Below, piece after piece: positions 1-11,078 of a stretch of 64,000 bases of DNA. Source of the DNA: Moniliella sp. 'wahieum' (taxonomy: Eukaryota); the NCBI GenBank assembly GCA_003971905.1, contig RSEE01000023.1, positions 620,001 through 684,000 on the forward strand, read 5' to 3'. Positions within the stretch are counted from its first letter, which is position 1. Each line of letters starts with the position of its first letter. The translations under genes were made by a program, and so were the position numbers. The notes under the pieces are model-generated. The model did not search any database. It saw only the letters and a program-made list of their open reading frames with translations, and had not been told where the DNA came from.

Positions 1-1088
1 AATGTGGAGCTCGCCAGTGCCCGTTTGGCCGGAGCCAAACCAGGTCACGAAGATCTATCGGAAAAAAACTACGTCACCTTGCGGCGCTTCCAGTTTGTTG
101 AACTGCTGGATCGGCTCAAGGAAATTGCTCGCTACCTGCCCTACATTGCGCCTGGTGGGGTGCTTTCTGGATTGCCACCACCCTTTGGGACGGAGCCCCA
201 CCCGTCGATTATCGGCCAGGAGGCCGCGTCGGACCGCGAGATTGCGCTGGCCAAGCAGCTGAACGAGGAGCTGGACAACTTTGCTGCTCCAACAACGGCA
301 ATGGGCCAGGCCCGCAAGGCTCGGTTCAACATTGCGCTCAATGCACCCTCGGACCCGGACGTGGAGGTAGTACGCAACCAGCCCAACCCAGGCGCCATTC
401 TGCAGGCCCGTCGGCCCGAGGACCGGTTCGCCAAGATGTGGACCATGGACGTCTCGGGCCGTATCCACAGTTCGGGGGCACGCAGAAGCCAAGGCGTCTG
501 TGGGATCGTGCCATCGCGCACACGGAATGCGCCGGGGCAAAATGGCTTGGCGGTTGAGGATGGCAGCCGACCAGTGAGGGTGGGGGAAGCTGTTCTGAAG
601 GCCCACGGGGGGCAGCACAACAAAAAGTCGATTCGTTCAATCCCTTACCTCCTGAGCACATGCTTCGCACGGTGCCCCAGGGCGTGGGCTCGATCCTGGT
701 CAATGGTGAGCAATTGGGTCGGTACTTTAGTAACTACAAGGACACAGCCTATGTTCAGCGCGCGTTCAACGTCTTGGGTCTCGCAGGTGCTTTCATGTCT
801 ATGCTCTGGTTCCGGTTCCGGTGGCATGACCGGTCAGGCGGTGCGATTGCCCATGGTCTTGCTAAGGCCCTCGTTGGCGCTGCCCAGGTTGGTTGGATCA
901 CGTCCAAGTCTGCCCCCCGGAATTGCTACCACAGCAGACCAACAGGCCAAGGCCCAAGCTGAGTTGGCAGCGAAGATTCTGCTGTTCTGCGTAAGGATGG
1001 GGGTGCTGCGTCGCGACCCCGCATGCCCGAGCGGAAGAAGACGGGCAAGCCCGGTGCTCGTGCCTCCCATACCTGGGTCAAGCGTTGA
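1..1088 (+). CDS. MRPS9: Mitochondrial ribosomal protein uS9m (5' truncated by window edge; frameshifted in assembly)
   Basis: Pieces across frames give GVGSILVNGEQLGRYF..VQRAFNVLGLAGAF, SGSGGMTGQ, GAIAHGLAKAL and the S9 C-terminus LRRDP(R)MPERKKTGKPGARASHTWVKR, with TGA at 1086-1088. Confidence 0.9.
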
Positions 1089-1142
1089 GGGTCACCAGGT
1101 GTCCATATGGAGAGAATTTACCATCCATAAGTCCCTGGTATG

Positions 1143-2203
1143 CTATGTAGTGGTGGAAAAGCGCGCCATCGGATCCATTTCATCAGTGTGACTGTACTCG
1201 GGTGGTACTCTTGCTTGCCCTCGTCCGGTCGCGGTTGTCGATTGTGGTACTCGACAAAGGACTTTTCCCAGGCATGTAGTCGTGCCAATACTTGTCGATC
1301 GTTTGCTCTTCCTCTGATATTTTTTCGCCGGTTCAGAGTGGGTTGGGGTGGGCTCAGCCTGAGAGGGTGGCGCAACGACTGATCCTCCCCCGCGACAGCA
1401 GCAGTGGCGGCGGAAGAAGGGCCGGGCACTACAGCGGGGGAAGAGGAGCTCCACCAGCATGTCCATACCCTGCGTCGGCCGAGGGAGTACCGCCCTCATA
1501 GAAAGCCTTAGTCTTAGCATACTCTTCCCTTACCACTTCCATCAAATCCTCGGCCAACTCTTTGGCCTCTTGAACTCGGCCCGGATCAGGACCACAATGT
1601 GAATGTGCATCGGTTCATCTGCTTCCATGCCCGTGCTGTACTCGGTGTACCCTGACCCGCGCCCCTTGATCTGGACCCGGGTGCCAGTCTCTTCCTGGAT
1701 GTACTTGACAAACATGCCCCCAGGTCCGACGACCTTGGAACGGACATTGAACCAGCGCTTGTGCGACTCAATATCGATGGCAACCTTGGCCTCGGGGCGA
1801 CGTCCGGGGCGCGGAGCCTCCATCCGTTCAGGCACCTTGTTCATCAGCGTCCGCACGGCCTCCACCCCGCGTCGCACCTCTCCGGCGTCTTGGCTGTGAT
1901 CTCGAGACAGAGAGGGGGCTCGCCCCCCGGAGGCGCAGCGGAGCGGGACGGGTACCAAACGCCTTTGATTAGTACTGCGCCCGTGTCGCGGTGGATCTCG
2001 GCTTGCACTGGGCCCTTGGTCAGGGCGGCGCGGTTGACGGCATCGTTAATGTCCACCTTGGCGAGGAACTCGGCGCCGTGAGGCACAATCTCATCGCCCA
2101 TGTCGGGAGCATCTGCCGGGGGCGCTGTCAGCTCTGCACTCGTGCTCGGCAGCACACACTGCGAAGGGGCGCGCATACCTGTTCCCGAGGCCCACCGGCT
2201 CAT
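1143..2203 (-). CDS. KH-domain RNA-binding protein, KHDC4/BLOM7-like
   Basis: KH1-like AKVDINDAVNRAALTKGPVQAEIHRDTGAV and KH2 FNVRSKVVGPGGMFVKYIQEETGTRVQIKGRGSG..EPMHIHI. Probable ATG at 2203 with a GTATGC..CTGAC..CAG intron at 2178-2113. The 3' end is approximate. Confidence 0.8.
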
Positions 2204-2476
2204 GTTGGACAGCGAAGCGGTGGTATGATATAGGGAGCCCGTAGAAGAAGCGAACCCTGCCCAGGGCACCTCGACCGATGAGGGGTGCGTGACGCGTGCC
2301 TCCCGCTCGCTTTGCCGCCCAGGCCGGAAAAGTTTCTGCTGAGCTAAGCATTATTCCGCCGCCAACATTCTGGCCGGCTTCTCGCACCCGCCTGGGCGAC
2401 GGGGAGGCAGAAGGAGAGGACGTCGCTCCCTACGTTCATCCGTCCCCCTCCTCGCCCCCCCAACCCCCTGGCGACC

Positions 2477-2990
2477 ATGCGTGCCACCCCTCCGGCCCTG
2501 CTACTGATCCCCATCATCAAGGGATACCGCCGCATGTGCTGCGCACGGCCGCGCTGGTCAAGCCCCCTGTGCTCGGCCGCGCCTGCCCGCCTCGATCGCC
2601 GCGGCGTCCAAAGCGTTGCAGCAGTCCGAGACGCCTGCTCAGCTGGCCCAGCGGACCGACCTGAGCGCTGAGCAGAAGCAAGAACTTACCAGCGAGTACG
2701 AGAAGCACATGGCTCGCATCCACGCCACCCCGTGGCAAGACTTGCGGGACGCGCATGTCCACCCCTTGACGTCCTTGCTGTGCGGCGGGCGCAGGAAGAC
2801 GACTTCCCGCCCAACCTGCGGATTGAGCGGAGGGTCAAGGCCAAGTACCTTTCTTGGAAGGTACGTCTGCCTGTTTGATCTTTTCCCCGTATTGCGCAGG
2901 GAGACAGGCGGGGCTAGATGCTGACATGTTTGTGTGCAGGTCAACGAATCAACCAAGAGGGAAATCATCAAGCTGGTCAAAGAAAAGTGA
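2477..2990 (+). CDS. Small hypothetical protein, possibly mitochondrial
   Basis: ATG at 2477 follows a C-rich leader. The N-terminus (MRATPPALLLIPIIKG) lacks acidic residues. Coding-like segments ELTSEYEKHMARIHATPWQDL and FPPNLRIERRVKAKYLSWK, a canonical intron at 2861-2939, and last exon VNESTKREIIKLVKEK*. Confidence 0.6.
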
Positions 2991-3677
2991 ACCACCCCAT
3001 GCGAATGCACCCTTACCCGCACACTCTATTGCGGCTTGGTGGAATGGAACGCGGGCGCCAGCGCAAGGTACTAGCTGTAGTGCGTGTCCCTCAACACGTC
3101 GTGTGGGGAGAGCCCGGGAGAGTTAGGGAGCCGGTCTTGAGTGGCATACGGCCGCGCTCGGTGCGGAGGGCCGACCATCTGATCATTGCCCCCTAGATAC
3201 CCTCGGACTTGTGCTCATGGATGTGTGGTTACAGATACGGTTATAAGAGCAGATGCGATCGAGGATAGAGCCCGCCGCTGTGATCATGGGCAGGCAGCTT
3301 GCTAGTAGGTACCGGACCATGGGCTGCCGCCGGCGCCTTGTGATTCAACTAGGTTTGTCTGGGTTTACCGGTTACCGGTTATGCCAAGCCGCGCGTAACG
3401 CGTAACCCAGAAGCACGGCCACCTGCTGACATCGTCTCGTCCCTCAAAGAGCAGTTTTTGGAATTGTGTTCGGGTGCAGCGCGCAGCAGGCGGGAGTTGA
3501 GACGCTGAGAAAAGCAATTAATAAATGAGCTGCTTTCGTAATAATCCCCTGCCAGTACGCCAGTCACCGTACCCCATTACGTCGTCAGCGAGCGAGACGC
3601 GTTGAGTGAGCCAACAACTTGCTTAAGAGGCCTAATTGTGGCGGCGTCACATTCTCCCTCCCACCACCACCATCACC

Positions 3678-4584
3678 ATGAGCGACCTGCGACAAGAAGT
3701 CTGACCGCTAGGCTGGAACGCACTTTTGCGTGACCGCAGCCCCGACGAGAGCGAACTCGTCGGTGTCCGCACTGCGCCTGGCACGCCCGCGCTCTCCCCG
3801 CGACACATCCCCCACCGGCTCCCCGCGCCCTCTCACCCCCGCCTCGAATCGCGCCACCGCACACGAGATGGCCTCGATCCTCTTCGCCGTTTTCCGCCTG
3901 AGGTGCGTTAAGCCCCCTCCCCCCCATCCACTTTCCACGCCCTCTCCCCTCGACTCTTCCCCGCGTTGGGTACGCCACTGACACGAACGCAGGTGGCTCA
4001 ACGGATCTTCCTCTCATTGCCTGTAGAGACGCTGGCCAATTGTTCGCTGGTGTGTCGACACTGGCCGTCAATCCGCCACGCTGAACTATGCCTGGTTCCG
4101 CCACTGGGAAGAGGAGGAGCGACTTCCTCCTCCTCCGGCCAAGGGGTATGGAGCGTACGTATCTCCCCTAAGTGGACTGCTACCCCCGCTGGGCCAGGGC
4201 GGGGCCAAGTGGAGCAAGCGCCAGAGCCGGACCGATTGGAAAAAGGCCTACATACGTTCCGTGCGCGAACGACTGTTTCCCAGGGAAAGCCTGGCGTCGT
4301 ATGGGATTCGAACTGGGGCATCCCGTGTCCAGACCGTCGAGAACAAGTCCCGGTCGGAGAGGATGGCTGATGCGGGCGTCCTCTCAGCCACCGCGTGGAG
4401 GCAGCAACAATGGGCCGCAGAGGCACGCGAAGAGCAGTGGAGCAAGGAGGACATGCGTGAGAGTTACAAGGTCGGAAACAAGGGTGGCAAGGTCAAGGCA
4501 AGTCCGCCAAGGGGGGCAACAAAACGTGGAACGAGTTTGCTCCATGAGATCATCCAGCTCGGCTCGGGACGTTCCACGTTTTAG
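3678..4584 (+). CDS. F-box domain protein
   Basis: Splicing intron 3903-3992 (GTGCGT..CTGAC..CAG) gives the F-box motif DPLRRFPPEVAQRIFLSLPVETLANCSLVCRHW. A charged C-terminus ends at TAG 4584. Confidence 0.75.
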
Positions 4585-6172
4585 GGCGATCTTGTCGTCT
4601 GCCATATCCTGCTACTTTTGTTGTCGACGTCTGTTCCATTCTTCTCGTGATACCTCTCTGGTGCCTCGTGGGCCCCTTGCGACTCGTTGGTTTAGCCTTC
4701 TAGTATCATATTGTTCAATCTGGTTCGCAGGCTTGGTTGGAGGTGCATAGTATGTCAAGATAGGTCGACCAAGGGGGTGGTTGTGCGGTGTGACTCATCA
4801 GAAACGGCTCGAGGTCAAGTTTCAAGCTTCAAGCTTCAAGGGTATAGTAGTTCTTGTGGGTCCAAAGGTCAACCCAGAGGTCAGAGCCTTGAAACGAGCG
4901 TGAAGCGTGTCATGGCATACTACCCCACAATCAAGTCCACTAACCCACCAGCTTTCAGGCCATTTGAAAGTATACCTAGCCCCATTCCAGCGTCCGGTAA
5001 CCGGCAGGTCCATATCCCCATCTTGTACTGTTGCTTCTCTCAAGTCATATTATATAGCCAGTTATGCCCGAACCTTGGTCCTTTTTATAACAGAAGACCA
5101 TCCGTCCCGCGCCTCAAGCTCTCTGACCAGCAGGTTCAGGTTTTGGTCTCCAGCTCCGCACGCTGTGCCGCAGCACGCAGCATGTGCAAGTGCGGCGTTA
5201 TGTCTCGCTGGAGCACATCATGTCTTGCACCCGCTCCCACAGGCCAAGTTTGGTGCGTTGCATGAGGCAGTGTGGGAGGCCATTCTCCAACTCGTGTGCT
5301 CCATCCCCGACACCCAGTCGCAACGAACCAGCTGTGGAGAGGAGAGGATGGGTCGGGCTCGGGCGGAAGGCGCAGCGCACTGACTACCACGTGATGGGGC
5401 CCGGAGCACTCGGAGGATCAGGAATGGAGGTAGACCACATGCTGCGCGATACGGAAACCAGGAGGCGCAGAGCGCGTACCGGAGGGTGGCGCATGAGAGC
5501 ACCGCGCGCCCTTGGAACGCGGGAGAAGAGCTGCTTCGGCTGCTTGAACAAGCACCAGAATGCGACAAGAACCAAGTGCCAGGGACGCACTCAGACCATT
5601 TTTGTCTGGTTTTGACGACGCGAGGATACTACGGCACCAAGACAGGGGGCAGTTGTTTGCGCATTGGAAGGATTTGGCTACTAAGTCTCATCGAAATGGT
5701 TCCTCGCTCGGGTGTCAACCACGTTCATCGTATCCACACGCGCTACCTAGGGTACGGGACCGGATGGTGTTGAGCCACCGGGTGGCTCGTGCTTTGGCCA
5801 ATGTCCTTTCAGTTCCTCCTCAGGCCTAGGAGTTCCGTTGTTTTCTCTCCTGTTTTTCCTTGTTCTCCGCAGCTTAGCCCCTGGTGGCAACTCGCTGCAT
5901 GACGTTCCTCAGTAGGCGTTGCTGGTTGGCTTAGACCACCACCACCACCATCAGTGCGATTGCATCACCTCGAGGACCATCCGGACTCCAGGTCTCATCA
6001 GATGGCGAGAACCAGAGGGTCCTGATATCCCAGTGGCGATCCCCCTGGTTCCTTAACCTTGGTGGCGCTTCCAAGTAACCCCCGCAAGATTAACGGTTCG
6101 GTTTAGAAGTAGCGTTTCCCCTGTCCCAGCCTTAAGCTCTGTCAATAATATGGACGCTCAGAAGAATCGAAT

Positions 6173-6300
6173 TGTCATGGGGGGAGTCCCGAGAGGTGGG
6201 ACCCCCCCCCCTGTAGTTTAGGGGTATAAACCCTTGGACAGATCAATCGGTGGCTCGTACGTTAGGTCCTGCTCCAGATCCTGATGGTTGAACCGAGGGT
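6173..6300 (-). mobile_element. Truncated LTR fragment (3' end), same family as the solo LTR at 42231-43096
   Basis: TGTCATGGGGGGAGTCCCGAGAGGTGGGACCC..GTATAAACCCTTGGACAG..CGTTAGGTCCTGCT..GTTGAACCGAG aligns by eye to the reverse complement of about 42970-43096. Confidence 0.85.
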
Positions 6301-6978
6301 GAGAACTGGTATATCTTATACGAAGCCACTGAAGTACAAGCTTAAAATGCGACAGAGGAAACGTACTATTGGGGTTGGCTCAGACGAGTAATCGTCGGAG
6401 TGGTCACGCAACTACATTTCTCCTTGGTACACTCGCCAAAACAATACTGGTTTGCCTTGCCTGGTATGCCCTCTCGTTCTCTATCCTCCCCATTATCGCA
6501 TTATCGAGAAACGGACGTATATAGAAGCACCGAATGTAACATGGCCGATGCAAGCAAGCACATAATATCCTCTCTTGTTAACGGCCTCCTGCCTCACGAT
6601 TTTGTATAAGAGTCGCCTGCATGTACTTCAAGAGCGTCATGGATCGTGATCATGGCTCACATGCACATACCACACACTCCCGTGCCCTCCTAACCATTTC
6701 TGAACGGAACTTGGAGTGTAACTTGCAGCGTAGCACTACGTTGACCCCACCCGATTACACGAAGGCGTGTGCAGCAGAGCAACTTCTGTCATGCATGTGA
6801 TGATTACTATGTATCTTCCTGACATGGGCAAGTGATGGGATACAAAAGTTAGAAAAGAAAACAGAGTTTATATTGAAGCACGCAGTGGCCGTGGTGGGGG
6901 AGTGTAGCACAAAGGATATGAAGCTTGAAGAGGCGGACAAAAACCCTGGGGGGTGAAAAGAAAGTGGAAAGTCGATTA

Positions 6979-7065
6979 TGGTGATAAACAGGGAATCGAA
7001 CCGTATCGACCCCTGGTCTTCCGCATTAGCCCAGGATGCGCTTTGGGCCACTGAGTACTGACTGC
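6979..7065 (-). pseudogene. Degenerate tRNA-like sequence (tRNA pseudogene or tRNA-derived SINE head)
   Basis: The minus strand reads GTACTCAGTGG..AAGCGC..ATGCGGAAGACCAGGG(GTCGATACG)GTTCGATTCCCTG..CACCA. This gives an A-box-like motif, a perfect B-box GGTTCGATTCC and a CAGGG/CCCTG T-stem. The acceptor stem does not pair. Confidence 0.5.
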
Positions 7066-7168
7066 ATTATTCAGTCTGCTAGATACGGGGGCCAGGCCGT
7101 CAGGAGAGGATGATATTGGCCTCCAACAAGGGGTGTAGCGCCGGGTACCGGTGCAAACCGATGGCGCC

Positions 7169-8013
7169 TCAGGCCTGAGTCAGGGCTACAACACGCCTCA
7201 ACCCGGCCTTTGGCGGAGCCGCCTGCGCGCCTGAGCGCCTCAAGCTCGCGCTTGAATCCAAGCCGTAAGGTGTAACATGTAAAAGGACATCAGATACATC
7301 GGACACTGGAAGACCGAGTTGGGATGTTCTCCCTGTTCTCCCTCGCAGCCCCGCGAGCGCAAGCCACACAGAGGCCACGTGCTCAGCCTAATGGAAGGAT
7401 CATCGATCATCGATCATTAATCATTGATCATCAGCCAATGCACTATGCAGCAGACTGAGTACTGACGACATAGCGATCGAATATCATGCATCATGCGTAA
7501 CATCCTACACATGGGCCAAGCTGGAAGGGTGTTCGGAAGCGGCGCTTTTTCCGAAGTATTCGACTGTAGCTTACTAGTTACTAGTTACTCCAGCTCGCAC
7601 AAGCTCGCACCCTTCAAGCTTCAAGCTTCACCCACGCCCTTGCGCATCTCAGGCCCCTGAGGGCCTGAGGCTGATGCTGACGGAGGCGGAGGGAAGCAAC
7701 AGTAGGTATGGATCGACGAGACTCGATAATCGATAGTACATCTCGATACTCGACTCATACCCAGGGCTGAGCAGCAGTGCGGAGAAGGTGATGTAAGACT
7801 TGATGCGTGGCGCATGATGCATGGTGGAAAGGAGTGCGAAGTCTATGATGTGCATTCGCCCTGCTCGTCACGCGTATGCCGCGTAACCCGCCCACCGCCG
7901 CTCAGCGCTCACGCGTCCCGCGCCGCCGCAGCAATCTCGCAGATGTTCGTGACTGGAACAATCGAATCTTCCAGCGGTGCATCGGGACGTCACGCGTCAC
8001 GCGTCACGCGTCA
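7169..8013. promoter_or_regulatory. Dense cluster of TCA-[palindromic N4]-TCA heptad arrays upstream of the chitin deacetylase
   Basis: Arrays at 7400-7430, 7456-7465, 7484-7493, 7571-7587, 7614-7630, 7902-7917 and 7990-8013. The regulatory role is inferred from position only. Confidence 0.5.
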
Positions 8014-8822
8014 GGGCGGGCAGTGGCTGGCACAGACTGGCACAGGCTGGCGCGAGAGGCGCAGGGTGGCAGAGGCGGGCGCGAGGCGCACGGTGATAAT
8101 CGATCGAGCCCTCTTGCACCGGGGCACTGGCAACGCAACGAAGTGCGATCACATGCAGAGTCTCTCACATGTCTGGTTCGCACAATTCACCAGGTGCTTC
8201 TTTTAGCGCGTGTTGCTGAGCAGGATCTGCGGTTCAGCACCCGCACGCCGCCAGTTTAAGCCTCTTGGCGAACGCGAGTGCTCCCCAGTGCGACCCGGCC
8301 ACGCAGCGCCCGACTCACCTGCAGTCTTACGTCGCGCCGCGGGGGCAGTGGGGGAGAAACCGTTCTTCGGGCCAGCACCTGCGCAGTGTGCTGTGCAGAC
8401 AGCCCTCAAGCTAGCACAGCGTGGGGGCCAATAATTGCTGCGCGCTACGCGTTCTGTGTTGGGTGGCTAGGGGCGGGGGGCCGGTGGGGGCGGGCCCACC
8501 GGCGCAGCGGCAGTCCCTGACCGCTGCTGTGTTGGCACGCGCATGGCGCATGATGATGATGCATGATGTCGATCTGTACAGACAATTTGCGCCCGCTCTT
8601 GCGCCGCCCACACTTGCCTTGTGCTGTCCCAGGGCCACAGGGGCCTCAGGCTGAGGCCCCCCGTCCTCCACGTTTCAGCCTCCCCACCCGCCTCCGGCCC
8701 GCCTCGGCCCTCTTCAAGCTGGCCTGGCCTTCCGACATCTTCCATCCCTCCCCCCACCTCTCCCCCCCCCTCCTTCCCCCTCCCCCTTTCTCCAGCTCCG
8801 GGCCCACGTTCTCTACCAGGCC

Positions 8823-10303
8823 ATGCTCAACGTTGCTTCCCTCGCCCTGGTCGGCGGCCTCCTTGCTGGTCAGGCTGCCGCCCACCTTGGTCATGGTGTC
8901 CCGGGCCACCTCACCCCTCGCATGAAGGCGGAGGCGGCCAAGCGCGGCATGGAGCGTCGCCAGACCTCGTACAACGACCAGACGTGGCAGTCTGTTTCCT
9001 CTGCTGCGGCAGAGTGCGTGGGTTACAACTATGCTCCCACCTCTTCCTTCAGCTCTCACTTCCCCGAGATGTGGGAGATCGCCTCGATTGTGCCCTCGGA
9101 CACGGAGGCGCAGAACGTATGGAAGCAGATCCAGTCCTCGGGCGCTATCCCCAACATTGCACCCAAGGGTACCCCCACTTCCTCCGAGCAAGGCACTCAC
9201 TATGATGAGAATACCGACCCCGACTGCTGGTGGACTGCTACGCTTTGCACCAAGCCCAAGCACCCCAACCTGCCTGTCGACATCATCGACTGCCCTACCC
9301 CGTCCACCTGGGGTCTGACCTTTGACGACGGGCCCAACTGCACCCACAATGCTTTCTACGACTTCCTTAAATCCAAGAAGCAGACGGCCACCATGTTCTA
9401 CATTGGCTCCAACGTGCTCAACTGGCCCTGCAGGCCCAACGCGGTCTGACGGATGGCCATCAGCTCGCCGCTCACACCTGGTCTCACCGTTACACCACTG
9501 CCCTCAGCAACGAGCAGGTCTTCGCTGAGCTCTACTACACAGTCAAGGTTATCAAATGGACCACGGGTGTCACCGTGACCTCGTGGCGCCCGCCTTACGG
9601 TGATGTTGATGACCGTGTCCGCGCCATCGCCAACGCGCTTGGCCTCGACACCATCATCTGGACCGACGACACGGACGACTGGAACGTGGTCCCGTACGTG
9701 ACTTGCCCCCTTTGCCTCTTAGCCTCTGTGATTGCCTGGTACTGATTCCTTTTCTTAGTGGTGGCACGGCTCCTACCGCTTCGATCCAGGCGAACTACAA
9801 CAGCATCATTTCCAAGGGCAAGGATCCCGCCGCCACGGGTGGTGTCGTTGTTCTCACCCACGAGATCAACGCCCAGACGATGCACATGATGATGAACGAG
9901 TACCCCACCATTGCTTCGACTTTCAAGCACATTGTGCCCGTGCACGTGTGCCAGAACAAGACCCAGCCGTACCGTGAGGGCTCGTATGTGTACCCCAACT
10001 TTGAGCAGTACATTGCTGGCACCATTGCCCTCGGGTGTGCCCGACCCTACCGAAATCACCGCCTCTGCCGTCTCCTCGATCCAAGTCGGTGCCATCTCCT
10101 CGTCGGCCCAGGCTACGCTCAGCATCTCTTCCTCTGCAGCCCCTTCTTCGGCCGCTGGCTCTAGCGGCTCGTCTTCGGCCGTTGCCCAGGCGTCGCAAGC
10201 GTCGGCAAAGTCGGACAAGGCCAGCGGTGCCTCCGCTGGCGTGGCCGCTGCTGGCTCGGTGGCTCTGGCTGCCGTGGGCGGCGCGGTGGCCTTGTTCGTT
10301 TAA
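8823..10303 (+). CDS. Secreted, probably GPI-anchored chitin deacetylase (CE4/NodB)
   Basis: Signal peptide, CWWT..C segment, and CE4 motifs TFDDGP, HTWSH, WRPPYGD and VVLTHE. Intron at 9694-9758. Ser/Ala-rich tail with a hydrophobic C-terminus. Confidence 0.93.
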
Positions 10304-11078
10304 GTCTAGTTACTATCTCTAGTTATTAGTCAAGGTCGGGGGGTCCCGAAGCGTCGATGTGTTCTTGTCGATCAGCTTGGGCACCCCTCTGCTGTCGCAT
10401 TCCAGTTCGTCTTTTGGTGCTTCCTAATCATTCTCCCCTTTGTTTCGTTTTGCTTGCGCACTGCACCCTTTTTATCCACTCGTGCCAGGTCGTACCTGTC
10501 TCCTGCTATCCATCATTTGTGTTCCCACATTCATCCCCCCACGTCGGTCGAGATTGAGATTGATCCAATGACCATGCTAGTTTTGTCTGCGATGCTATAC
10601 ATACCGGCAGTAGTATGCTTTAAAGCGCCTTTGACGTTCATCGATAGTAGTAGAGGGCAAAACCCGCCAACTGTTGTGCCAGCATTGTTGGCTTTGCCTT
10701 TTGGCTTTCAGTGTTTCTCTCTCTATCATAGCCTGTTGTTTCTCGCCAGTCCGACCGCTCTTTGACCCCGGCATCACCCCCTCCTTGCCCTTCCTCCCCT
10801 GAATAGCAAACATCAATAGAAATTGCGTCGCGTGGTCGTCGCGTGCTCCCGCCCAAAACGCGGGGATATATATCTGCCCCGTCCAATTGAACTCGAACGC
10901 TATGCACTCGAAAAAAAGAGGGGAGCCCGGCACATTCCTTCCGTGCCGCCGAGCAGCGCACCAACCAAAGCACCCTGGGGTCTGCCCCATCCGATCCAAC
11001 AGCCCGGTTCCCCCAAGTGGGTACCGAGGAGAAAATACACAAGCGGATCGTGGGCTTGATTGGTGTCCCCTCCCTGCC

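Noticed and set aside
5184..5615. CFGCLNKH as a gag zinc knuckle
   Set aside because: The spacing is not CX2CX4HX4C and it lies on the strand opposite to the adjacent LTR fragment.
7400..8013. Heptad arrays as a CRISPR array or cloning polylinker
   Set aside because: There are no 23-50 bp repeats with unique spacers. Restriction-site-like hexamers are dispersed through native intergenic DNA with no vector sequence.
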